Of a stretch of 64,000 bases of DNA, positions 27,797 through 37,999 are shown one piece after another (the first letter of the stretch is position 1; every line of letters starts with the position of its first letter). Location: positions 1 to 64,000 of the forward strand of contig JBHGNT010000136.1 of the NCBI GenBank assembly GCA_043228905.1. Direction: 5' to 3'. The notes beneath the pieces are model-generated. The model saw only the letters and a program-made list of their open reading frames with translations. It was not told the origin of the DNA and ran no database searches. The position numbers were made by a program, and so were the translations under genes. Source of the DNA: Azolla caroliniana. Taxonomy: Eukaryota; Plantae; Polypodiophyta.

Positions 27797-29708
27797 TTAG
27801 TGTGGATCTATAGTAATGTTTTTTGTGTTGACTAGTGAAGAGTGTAGATTTTTAGATTTAGTCCAACAAATTATTGGTTTGGGGATGTGTTGTAGTAGAG
27901 GGTCTTCTTGGAGGTTTAAGTGTAGGCTAGTAAGGGTTTCTTTTATTCCTAGATTAGGGGCTTGGTGTGTGAATTTTAGTTTAAAGATTATGGGTGTGGG
28001 GGTTTGGTTAATGGTTTTGTTTGAGAGGAGAGTTGGTCTAAGGGAATAGGGGTGTTTTTTGAATATATTGAGGATAAAGTGTGTAGGGTATCCTCGTGCT
28101 CGTAGTCTCTTAAAAAATAGTTGTTGCATTTTTAAATAACCTTGGGCTGTACTTTCTCTAATAATGTATCTTTTAAGTTCGTTCGAGAGGAAGCTTTTTT
28201 TGACGTGGATAGGATGTGTCGAGGTGAAGGGTATGTATTGGTAAGTATTAAGTTCTTTTTGAAAACAATTAAAGTTGAAATTATTATTAGCGAGGTTTAT
28301 CCAAAGGTCGAGAAAAGGAAGTTTAGTGAGAGAGGTTTGGATGGTCAGTTTAATGGAGTTTTGAGTGGTAATACTATAGAAATTTAGGTAGTCTAAGAGT
28401 TGTGTTTTCGTACCGCTCCATACACCAAAGGCATCATCAATATATCTCGTGAAATAAAATAAATGGGGAGATGGGTTGGAATTCTCGAGGTATGACAAAA
28501 AAAGGCAAGCATATACTACGGAAAAATTGCTTCCCATGGCCGTGCCTTTAATTTGTTGATAGATTTGGTTATTAAATTTAAGGAAGTGATATTCTAAGGT
28601 TAAGGCGCTGAGAGTATAGATGAGGTTGGCTTTTTGTTTTGAGAAATGGGGGGTAATTAGGTGTTTTAGGGCAAGTAGTCCTAGTTTTGGTGGAATACTC
28701 GGGTAGAGGGATTCTACGTCAAATGAAAAGATGAAGCTATTGGGTGGTGTCGTAAGGTTTTCTAGGGATTGTACTAAGGAGAATGAGTCTCTAAGGTATT
28801 GTTTTTGTTGTAGGAGTATGGGGAGGAGTTGGTGGTGTAGCCACTTAGAAGTTTGTTCAAATAACGAACCGTTGTAAGAACAAATAGGCCTATAGCCAAT
28901 GGGTTCTTTGTGTACTTTGGGTAGGAAGTACATGGTGGGGACTCGGTATTCGTTGGATGGTTTGTGTAAGATGAATTTTATTTCTATGAGGGAGAGGGTT
29001 CCTAGGTGTTGATTCATTAATGTTTTTAATCTATGTAGGAGTTCTTCTAAGGGGAAGGTATCTACGGGTTTGTAAGTGGATGTATCGGATAGGTGAGCTA
29101 GGGCTTTATCTAGGTATGTTTGTTTGTTTAAGACACAAACACCTACATTTTTGTCTGCGGGGAGGATGATAATGTGTTTATTGCTTTTAAGGCTTTTTAA
29201 GGCTTGTAGTAGGTGTAGTGGAATGTGTTTAGTGGGTAGGTTTGTATTATGGAGTTTTATGGTGAGGAGATTAAGGTGTTTATGAAGTATGTCTTCTAAC
29301 GGTGGGTATTGTGTAGGGGGGTTCCAAGAGGGGTTGGGTAGTTTAAAGGGGTTGTGTGGGGCGGAGGAGTCGTCTTGAAAGAAATGTCTAAGTCTAAGGG
29401 ATCTACTAAGGTTATGGAATTCTTGAAGAATAGAAGTGGAGGTGGGGGGGGGGGGAGGGAGGTATAAACTTAAGACCTAGGTTAAGGAGTTTAATTTCTG
29501 ACTTGCTAAGGGTATGTGTAGAAAGGTTGTGGATTTTACTACTATGAGGGGGACTAAAGGGTGTTGTAAGGGGTTTCCAAAATTTATATCTAAGTTTCTT
29601 TTTACGTGTTTTTTTTGTATGTGGTCTAAAGGGGATTCTATGTGACATGTTACCTAGCCAATTAGAGGAATCTAGGGGGGTAGAGTTACCATTAACAAAA
29701 TACCACAT
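27797..29708 (-). CDS. PLE reverse transcriptase (~636 aa from ATG 29708 after correcting one extra C in the C12 run); no C-terminal endonuclease
   Basis: ORF 29412-29708 carries the PLE N-terminal motif IHNLSTHTLSKSEIKLLNLGLKFIP. Removing one base from the run at 29444-29455 continues by manual translation as ...LSRSLRLRHFF...PSWNPP...ALKSLKSNKHIIILPADKNVGVCVLNKQTYLDKALAHLSDTSTY... into ORF 27797-29017. That ORF has PTMYFLPKVHK/RPIC, motif A FDVESLYPSIP, motif B KGTAMGS, motif C RYIDD, LPFLDL and the thumb region YIPFTSTHP...RLRARGYP. The stop follows PIICWTKSKNLHSSLV closely. Confidence 0.9.
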
Positions 29709-29780
29709 ACGTTTAGTTGGGTGTACGGCGTGTCTAAAACGTCGGTTTGATCTTTTAGCACGCCGTACTAAACGTTTTTT
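29709..29780 (-). promoter_or_regulatory. Putative -1 programmed ribosomal frameshift signal (slippery heptamer plus stem-loop) between ORF1 and the RT frame
   Basis: A-AAA-AAC (29780-29774) is in ORF1 codon phase, followed by a 5-nt spacer and then GUACGGCGUG-CUAAAA...UUUUAG-a-CACGCCGUAC (10-bp perfect arms at 29768-29759 and 29732-29723). The -1 frame is open from the heptamer into ATG 29708. Confidence 0.7.
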
Positions 29781-30790
29781 GGCCGGTGGAGGTTGTGAGT
29801 GGTGGGAAGTGTGATGTGAGAAGAATACATAGGGGATTTAGGGTGACTAGTTGAGGGGTGGATACAACTTGTGGATGGTTTGGTAGAGGTGGTGTAGGGA
29901 GGATGTTGGGTATGGGTTGATTGGGTGTAGTGGTTAGGGATGTAGGGGTTAAGAGAGGTGTATGAGGGGTTGGGGAAGGCTAAGGGTATTTGGGAAAATA
30001 GGGGAGGGTTTATGTTGTGATTGTGGGTAGTTTCTTTAAACCAAGGGGGGCTTAGTGTGTGTGAATAGTTGTGAGAGGGGGGGGTAGGAAAGGTATTTCT
30101 AGAATTTTTAGGAGGAGTATAAAAAGAAAACGAAAGAGAAGGAGAGTTAGGGGTAGGGTGAGCGTTAGGATTTACACAGTGGGTATGGGTAGGAGGGTAA
30201 GGATGAGTACTGTTTTGGGGTTGAAGGTCTTCGGGGGAGGGATACAAGGGGGGAGCGATGAAGCTGAATGGGGTGTGTTGGGGCTGGTGGTGAATCTGAT
30301 GATAGGTATCTCGCGAATGGTGGAGTGGTGTGTCCTCCTCAAGTGGTGGCTGGAGCTGATAATTGGTGGTGGTTATGTTATTAATTGCCGTCTCGTATGT
30401 TGTCCGAGAGGGAAGTTGATGTTGGAGACGGTGAGAAAACGGCGGGGGTCGAGGCGTCGGCAGAAGAGGCTGCTGTAATTTGCAAGGCTGGTCGCATGGT
30501 GGCGGCGGCGGCTGCGGCTGAAGATCATTGTTGGGTTGGCGTTGATTTATATGTTGATGTCGATGCTGATATGAGTGCATTTGGTGTTCTCTTTCCGTCA
30601 TATATCTCCAGGGCTCGTGGTGTTGCGGTTGCGGAGGCGGCGGGTGAAAACCATTGTTAGGTTGGCCTCGGTTTTGATGCCGGTAAAGGTATACTTGTTG
30701 TTTGTTTTCAGGAGGAAATGGAGAGGAGAAGCTATGGATAGTGTTTGCTTTGGGCTGAAATGGGGCGGAAGGTATATGGCGGAGTTGCAT
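29768..30790 (-). CDS. PLE ORF1: Pro/His/Gln/Thr-rich low-complexity protein of unknown function (340 aa from the first element-internal ATG)
   Basis: Long open frame on the same strand as, and directly upstream of, the RT. The first 15-16 aa of the 392-aa track ORF (MFIPGSCDIGFLCSNT) are satellite sequence beyond the 30900 junction. The frame is open up to the junction, so 5' truncation is possible. The C/A-rich strand is stop-poor, which lowers confidence. Confidence 0.6.
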   Translation of the reverse strand: MQLRHIPSAPFQPKANTIHSFSSPFPPENKQQVYLYRHQNRGQPNNGFHPPPPQPQHHEPWRYMTEREHQMHSYQHRHQHINQRQPNNDLQPQPPPPPCDQPCKLQQPLLPTPRPPPFSHRLQHQLPSRTTYETAINNITTTNYQLQPPLEEDTPLHHSRDTYHQIHHQPQHTPFSFIAPPLYPSPEDLQPQNSTHPYPPTHTHCVNPNAHPTPNSPSLSFSFYTPPKNSRNTFPTPPSHNYSHTLSPPWFKETTHNHNINPPLFSQIPLAFPNPSYTSLNPYIPNHYTQSTHTQHPPYTTSTKPSTSCIHPSTSHPKSPMYSSHITLPTTHNLHRPKNV

Positions 30791-33700
30791 TCGTTGGAGA
30801 AGTTCGGGTTCGTTGAAACCAATAAATTTAACTATTGGTTCGTATTGATTGGAATCTAAATTATGGCGCGGGGTAATTTCGTGTGTTGTTATGTTATAAG
30901 TGTTTGAACACAAAAATCCGATATCACACGAGCCAGGTATGAACATTTTAATTTACCTACTAGCTCTTCTCAACTCCCTCCTCGAATTTGGTACTTTCGT
31001 CATGTCTCTCGACCTGAGTTTCAAAATCTTGATTTTTTAATTCCATATCATAACTAGCATTGTTAGCTTCGATTCGCATGTTTGAACACAAAAATCCGAT
31101 ATCACACGAGCCAAGTATGAGCATTTTAATTTACTCAAGGGCTCCTCTCAACTCCCTGGTCAAGGTTGCTAATTTCGTCATGTCTCTCGACCTGAGTTTC
31201 AAAATCTTGATTTTTTAATTCCATATCATAGCTAGCGTTGTTACCTTCGATTCGCATGTTTGAACACATAAATCCAATATGACACAAGCCAGGTATGAAC
31301 ATTTTAATTTACCTACTAGCTCTTCTCAACTCACTCCTCAAATTTGGTAATTTCGTCATGTCTCTCGACCTGAGTTTCAAAATCTTGACTTTTTAATTCT
31401 ATATCATAGCTAGCGTTGTTAGATTCGATTCGCATGTTTGAACACAAAAATCCGATATCACACGAGCCATGTAGGAACATTTTAATTTACTCAACAGCTC
31501 CTCTCAACTCCCTCCTCAAGTTTGCTATTTTCGTCATGTTTCTCGACCTGAGTTTCAAAATCTTGATTTTTTAATTCCATATCATAGGTAGCGTTGTTAG
31601 CTTCGATTCGCATGTTTGAACACAAAAATCCGATATCACACGAGCCAGGTAGGAACATTTTAATTTACTCAAGGGCTCCTCTCAACTCCCTCCTCAAGTT
31701 TGCTATTTTCGACATGTCTCTCGACCTGAGTTTCAAAATCTTGATTTTTTAATTCCATATCATAGCTAGTGTTGTTAGCTTCGATTCGCATGTTTGAACA
31801 CAAAAATCCGATATCACACGAGCCAGGTATGGACATTTTAATTTACTCAAGGGCTCCTCTCAACTCCCTCCTCAAGTTTGCTAATTTCTTCATATCTCTC
31901 GACCTGAGTTTCAAAATCTTGATTTTTCAATTCCATATCATAGCTAGCATTGTTAGCTTCGATTCGCATGTTTGAACACATAAATCCGATATCATACGAG
32001 CCAGGTACGAACATTTTAATTTACTCAAGGGCTCCTCTCAACCCCCTCCTCAAGTTTGCTAATTTCGTCATGCCTCTCGACCTGAGTTTCAAAATCTTGA
32101 TTTTTTAATTCCATATCATAGCTTGCGTTGTTAGCTTCGATTCGCATGTCTGAACACAAAAATTCGATATCACACGAGCCAGGTATGAACATTTTAATTT
32201 ACCTACTAGCTCTTCTCAACTCCCTCCTCGAATTTGGTAATTTCGTCATATCTCTCGACCTGAGTTTCAAAATCTTGATTTTTTAATTCCATATCAAAAC
32301 TAGCGTTGTTAGCTTCGATTCGCATGTTTGAACACAAAAATCCGATATCACACGAGCCAGGTATGAACATTTTAATTTACTCAAGGGCTCCTCTCAACTC
32401 CCTCCTCAAGTTTGCTAATTTCTTCATATCTCTCGACCTAAGTTTGAAAATCTTGAGTTTTTAAATCCACATCATAGCTAGCGTTGTTAGCTTTGATTCG
32501 CATATTTGAACACAAAAATCCGATATCACACTCGCCAGGTATGAACATTTTAATTTACCTACTAGCTCTTCTCAACTCACTCCTCAATTTGGTAATTTCG
32601 TCATGTCTCTCGACCTGAGTTTCAAAATCTTGATTTTTTAATTCCATATCATAGCTAGCGTTGTTAGATTTGATTCGCATGTTTGAACACAAAAATCCGA
32701 TATCACACGAGGCAGGTAGGAACATTTTAATTTACTCTAGGGGTCCTCACAACTCCCTCTTCAAGTTTGCTAATTTCGTCATGTCTCTCGATGTGAGTTT
32801 CAAAATCTTGATTTTTTAATTCCATATCATAGCTAGCGTTGTTAGATTCGATTCGCATGTTTGAACACAAAAATCCGATTTCACACGAGCCAGGTATGGA
32901 CATTTTAGTTTACTCAAGGGCTCCTCTCAACTCCCTCCTCAAGTTTGTTAATTTCTTCATATCTCTCGACCTGAGTTTCAAAATCTTGACTTTTTAAATC
33001 CACATCATAGCTAGCGTTCTTAGCTTCGATTCGCATGTTTGAATACAAAAATCCGATATCACACTCGCCAGGTATGAACATTTAAATTTACCTACCTACT
33101 CTTCTCAACTCCCTCCTCAAATTTGCTAATTTCGTCATGTCTCTCGACCTGAGTTTGAAAATCTTGATTTTTTAATTCCATATCATAGCTAGCGTTGTTA
33201 GCTTCGATTCGCATGATTGAACACATAAATCCGATATGACGCTCGCCAGGTATGAACATTTAAATTTACCTACTAGCTCTTCTCAACTCACTCCTCAAAT
33301 TTGGTAATTTCGTCATGTCTGACGACCTGAGTTTCAAAATCTTGACTTTTTAATTCCATATCATAGCTAGCGTTGTTAGATTCGATTGGCATATTTGAAC
33401 ACAAAAATCCGATATCACACGAGCCAGGTAGGAACATTTTAATTTACTCAAGGGCTCCTCTCAACTCCCTCCTCAAGTTTGCTATTTTCGTCATGTCTCT
33501 CGTCCTGAGTTTCAAAATCTTGATTTTTTAATTCCATATCATAGCTAGTGTTGTTAGCTTCGATTCGCATGTTTGAACACAAAAATCCGATATCACACGA
33601 GCCAGGTATGGACATTTTAATTTACTCAAGGGCTCCTCTCAACTCCCTCCTCAAGTTTGCTAATTTATTCATATCTCTCGAGCTAAGTTTGAAAATCTTG

Positions 33701-36700
33701 AGTTTTTAAATCCACATCATAGCTAGCGTTGTTAGCTTTGATTCGCATATTTGAACACAAAAATCCGATATCACACTCGCCAGGTATGAACATTTAAATT
33801 TACCTACTAGCTCTTCTCAACTCACTCCTCAATTTGGTAATTTCGTCATGTCTCTCGACCTGAGTTTCAAAATCTTGATTTTTTAATTCCATATCATAGC
33901 TAGCGTTGTTAGATTCGATTCGCATGTTTGAACACAAAAATCCGATATCACACGAGGCAGGTAGGAACATTTTAATTTACTCTAGGGGTCCTCACAACTC
34001 CCTCTTCAAGTTTGCTAATTTCGTCATGTCTCTCGATGTGAGTTTCAAAATCTTGATTTTTTAATTCCATATCATAGCTAGCGTTCTTAGATTCGATTCG
34101 CATGTTTGAACACAAAAATCCGATTTCACACGAGCCAGGTATGGACATTTTAGTTTACTCAAGGGCTCCTCTCAACTCCCTCCTCAAGTTTGTTAATTTC
34201 TTTATATCTCTCGACCTGAGTTTCAAAATCTTGAGTTTTTAAATCCACATCATAGCTAGCGTTCTTAGCTTCGATTCGCATGTTTGAATACAAAAATCCG
34301 ATATCACACTCGCCAGGTATGAACATTTAAATTTACCTACCTACTCTTCTCAACTCCCTCCTCAAATTTGCTAATTTCGTCATGTCTCTCGACCTGAGTT
34401 TGAAAATCTTGATTTTTTAATTCCATATCATAGCTAGCGTTGTTAGCTTCGATTCGCATGTTTGAACACATAAATCCGATATGACACTCGCCAGGTATGA
34501 ACATTTAAATTTACCTACTAGCTCTTCTCAACTCACTCCTCAAATTTGGTAATTTCCTCATGTCTCTCGACCTGAGTTTCAAAATCTTGATTTTTTAATT
34601 CCATATCATAGCTTGCGTTGTTAGCTTCGATTCGCATGTTTGAACACATAAATCCGATATCACACGAGCCAGGTATGAACATTTTAATTTACCTACTAGG
34701 TCTTCTCAACTCCCTCCTCGAATTTGGTAATTTCGTCATGTCTCTCGACCTGAGTTTCAAAATCTTGATTTTTTAATTCCATATCAAAACTAGCGTTGTT
34801 AGCTTCGATTCGCATGTTTGAACACAAAAATCCGATATCACACGAGCCAGGTATGAACATTTTAATTTACTCAAGGGCTCCTCTCAACTCCCTCCTCAAG
34901 TTTGCTAATTTCTTCATATGCCTGGACCTAAGTTTCAAAATCTTGAGTTTTTAAATCCACATCATAGCTAGCGTTGTTAGCTTTGATTCGCATATTTGAA
35001 CACAAAAATCCGATATCACACTCGCCAGGTATGAACATTTTAATTTACCTACTAGCTCTTCTCAACTCACTCCTCAATTTGGTAATTTCGTCATGTCTCT
35101 CGACCTGAGTTTCAAAATCTTGATTTTTTAATTCCATATCATAGCTAGCGTTGTTAGATTCGATTCGCATGTTTGAACACAAAAATCCGATATCACACGA
35201 GGCAGGTAGGAACATTTTAATTTACTCTAGGGGTCCTCACAACTCCCTCTTCAAGTTTGCTAATTTCGTCATGTCTCTCGATGTGAGTTTCAAAATCTTG
35301 ATTTTTTAATTCCATATCATAGCTAGCGTTGTTAGATTCGATTCGCATGTTTGAACACAAAAATCCGATTTCACACGAGCCAGGTATGGACATTTTAGTT
35401 TACTCAAGGGCTCCTCTCAACTCCCTCCTCAAGTTTGTTAATTTCTTCATATCTCTCGACCTGAGTTTCAAAATCTTGAGTTTTTAAATCCACATCATAG
35501 CTAGCGTTCTTAGCTTCGATTCGCATGTTTGAATACAAAAATCCGATATCACACTCGCCAAGTATGAACATTTAAATTTACCTACCTACTCTTCTCAACT
35601 CCCTCCTCAAATTTGCTAATTTCGTCATGTCTCTCGACCGGAGTTTGAAAATCTTGATTTTTTAATTCCATACCATAGCTAGCGTTGTTAGCTTCGATTC
35701 GCATGTTTGAACACATAAATCCGATATGACACTCGCCAGGTATGAACATTTAAATTTACCTACTAGCTCTTCTCAACTCACTCCTCAAATTTGGTAATTT
35801 CCTCATGTCTCTCGACCTGAGTTTCAAAATCTTGACTTTTTAATTCCATATCATAGCTAGCGTTGTTAGATTCGATTCGCATATTTGAACACAAAAATCC
35901 GATATCACACGAGCCAGGTAGGAACATTTTAATTTACTCAAGGGCTCCTCTCAACTCCCTCCTCAAGTTTGCTATTTTCGTCATGTCTCTCGATCTGAGT
36001 TTCAAAATCTTGACTTTTTAATTCCATATCATAGCTAGTGTTGTTAGCTTCGATTCGCATGTTTGAACACAAAAATCCGATATCACACGAGCCAGGTATG
36101 GACATTTTAATTTACTCAAGGGCTCCTCTCAACTCCCTCCTCAAGTTTGCTAATTTATTCATATCTCTCAACCTGAGTTTCAAAATCTTGATTTTTCAAT
36201 TCCATATCATAGCTAGCGTTGTTAGCTTCGATTCGCATGTTTGAACACAAAAATCCGATATCATACGAGCCAGGTACGAACATTTTAATTTACTCAAGGG
36301 CTCCTCTCAACTCCCTCCTCAAGTTTGCTAATTTCGTCATGCCTCTCGACCTGAGTTTCAAAATCTTGATTTTTTAATTCCATATCATAGCTTGCGTTGT
36401 TAGCTTCGATTCGAATGTCTGAACACAAAAATCCGATATCACACGAGCCAGGTATGAACATTTTAATTTACCTACTAGCTCTTCTCAACTCCCTCCTCGA
36501 ATTTGGTAATTTTGTCATGTCTCTCGACCTGAGTTTCAAAATCTTGATTTTTTAATTCCATATCAAAACTAGCGTTGTTAGCTTCGATTCGCATGTTTGA
36601 ACACAAAAATCCGATATCACACGAGCCAGGTATGAACATTTTAATTTACTCAAGGGCTCCTCTCAACTCCCTCATCAAGTTTGCTAATTCCTTCATATCT

Positions 36701-37999
36701 CTGGACCTAAGTTTGAAAATCTTGAGTTTCTAAATCCACATCATAGCTAGCGTTGTTAGCTTTGATTCGCATATTTGAACACAAAAATCCGATATCACAC
36801 TCGCCAGGTATGAACATTTTAATTTACCTACTAGCTCTTCTCAACTCACCCCTCAATTTGGTAATTTCGTCATGTCTCTCGACCTGAGTTTCAAAATCTT
36901 GATTTTTTAATTCCATATCATAGCTAGCGTTGTTAGATTCGATTCGCATGTTTGAACACAAAAATCCGATATCACACGAGGCAGGTAGGAACATTTTAAT
37001 TTACTCTAGGGCTCCTCTCAACTCCCTCCTCAAGTTTGCTATTTTCGTCATGTCTCTCGACCTGAGTTTCAAAATCTTGATTTTTTAATTCCATATCATA
37101 GCTAGCGTTGTTAGATTCGATTCGCATGTTTGAAAACAAAAATCCGATTTCACACGAGCCAGGTATGGACATTTTAGTTTACTCAAGGGCTCCTCTCAAC
37201 TCCCTCCTCAAGTTTGTTAATTTCTTCATATCTCTCGACCTGAGTTTCAAAATCTTGAGTTTTTAAATCCACATCATAGCTAGCGTTCTTAGCTTCGATT
37301 CGCATGTTTGAATACAAAAATCCGATATCACACTCGCCAGGTATGAACATTTAAATTTACCTACCTACTCTTCTCAACTCCCTCCTCAAATTTGCTAATT
37401 TCGTCATGTCTCTCGACCGGAGTTTGAAAATCTTGATTTTTTAATTCCATACCATAGCTAGCGTTGTTAGATTCGATTCGCATGTTTGAACACAAAAATC
37501 CGATATCACACGAGGCAGGTAGGAACATTTTAATTTACTCTAGGGGTCCTCACAACTCCCTCTTCAAGTTTGCTAATTTCGTCATGTCTCTCGATGTGAG
37601 TTTCAAAATCTTGATTTTTTAATTCCATATCATAGCTAGCCTTGTTAGATTCAATTCGCATGTTTGAACACAAAAATCCGATTACACACGAGCCAGGTAT
37701 GGACATTTTAGTTTACTCAAGGGCTCCTCTCAACTCCCTCCTCAAGTTTGTTAATTTCTTCATATCTTTCGACCTGAGTTTCAAAATCTTGAGTTTTTAA
37801 ATCCACATCATAGCTACCGTTCTTAGCTTCGATTCGCATGTTTGAATACAAAAATCCGATATCACACCCGCCAGGTATGAACATTTAAATTTACCTACCT
37901 ACTCTTCTCAACTCCCTCCTCAAATTTCCTAATTTCGTCATGTCTCTCGACCTGAGTTTGAAAATCTTGATTTTTTAATTCCATATCATAGCTAGCGTT

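Larger units (their letters stand above)
26567..30900 (-). mobile_element. Penelope-like retroelement (PLE), apparently endonuclease-deficient, inserted in the satellite
   Basis: Satellite stops after AAAATCTTGATTTTTT (26566) and resumes at TGTTTGAACAC (30901). The insert contains a PLE-type RT, a hammerhead ribozyme and telomere-like motifs. No LTRs, no TSD and no GIY-YIG motif are visible. Confidence 0.92.

Noticed and set aside
27816-30859. Plus-strand ORFs (27816, 28142, 30071, 30385, 30575) and the nested minus ORF 30598-30822
   Set aside because: Antisense or alternative-frame shadows of the RT and ORF1 with composition-driven sequences.
26567-30900. LTR retrotransposon (ATHILA/CRM), LINE, group II intron, retron or TERT as identity of the insert
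   Set aside because: No LTRs, integrase, RNase H, protease or APE domain is visible, and the ORF lacks TERT size and motifs. PADKN, LPKVHK, GTAMGS, RYIDD, HP...RGYP and the hammerhead indicate a PLE.
30901-30946. Start of the 392-aa ORF at 30946
   Set aside because: This ATG and the first ~15 codons lie in the flanking satellite; the in-frame fusion is most simply accidental.
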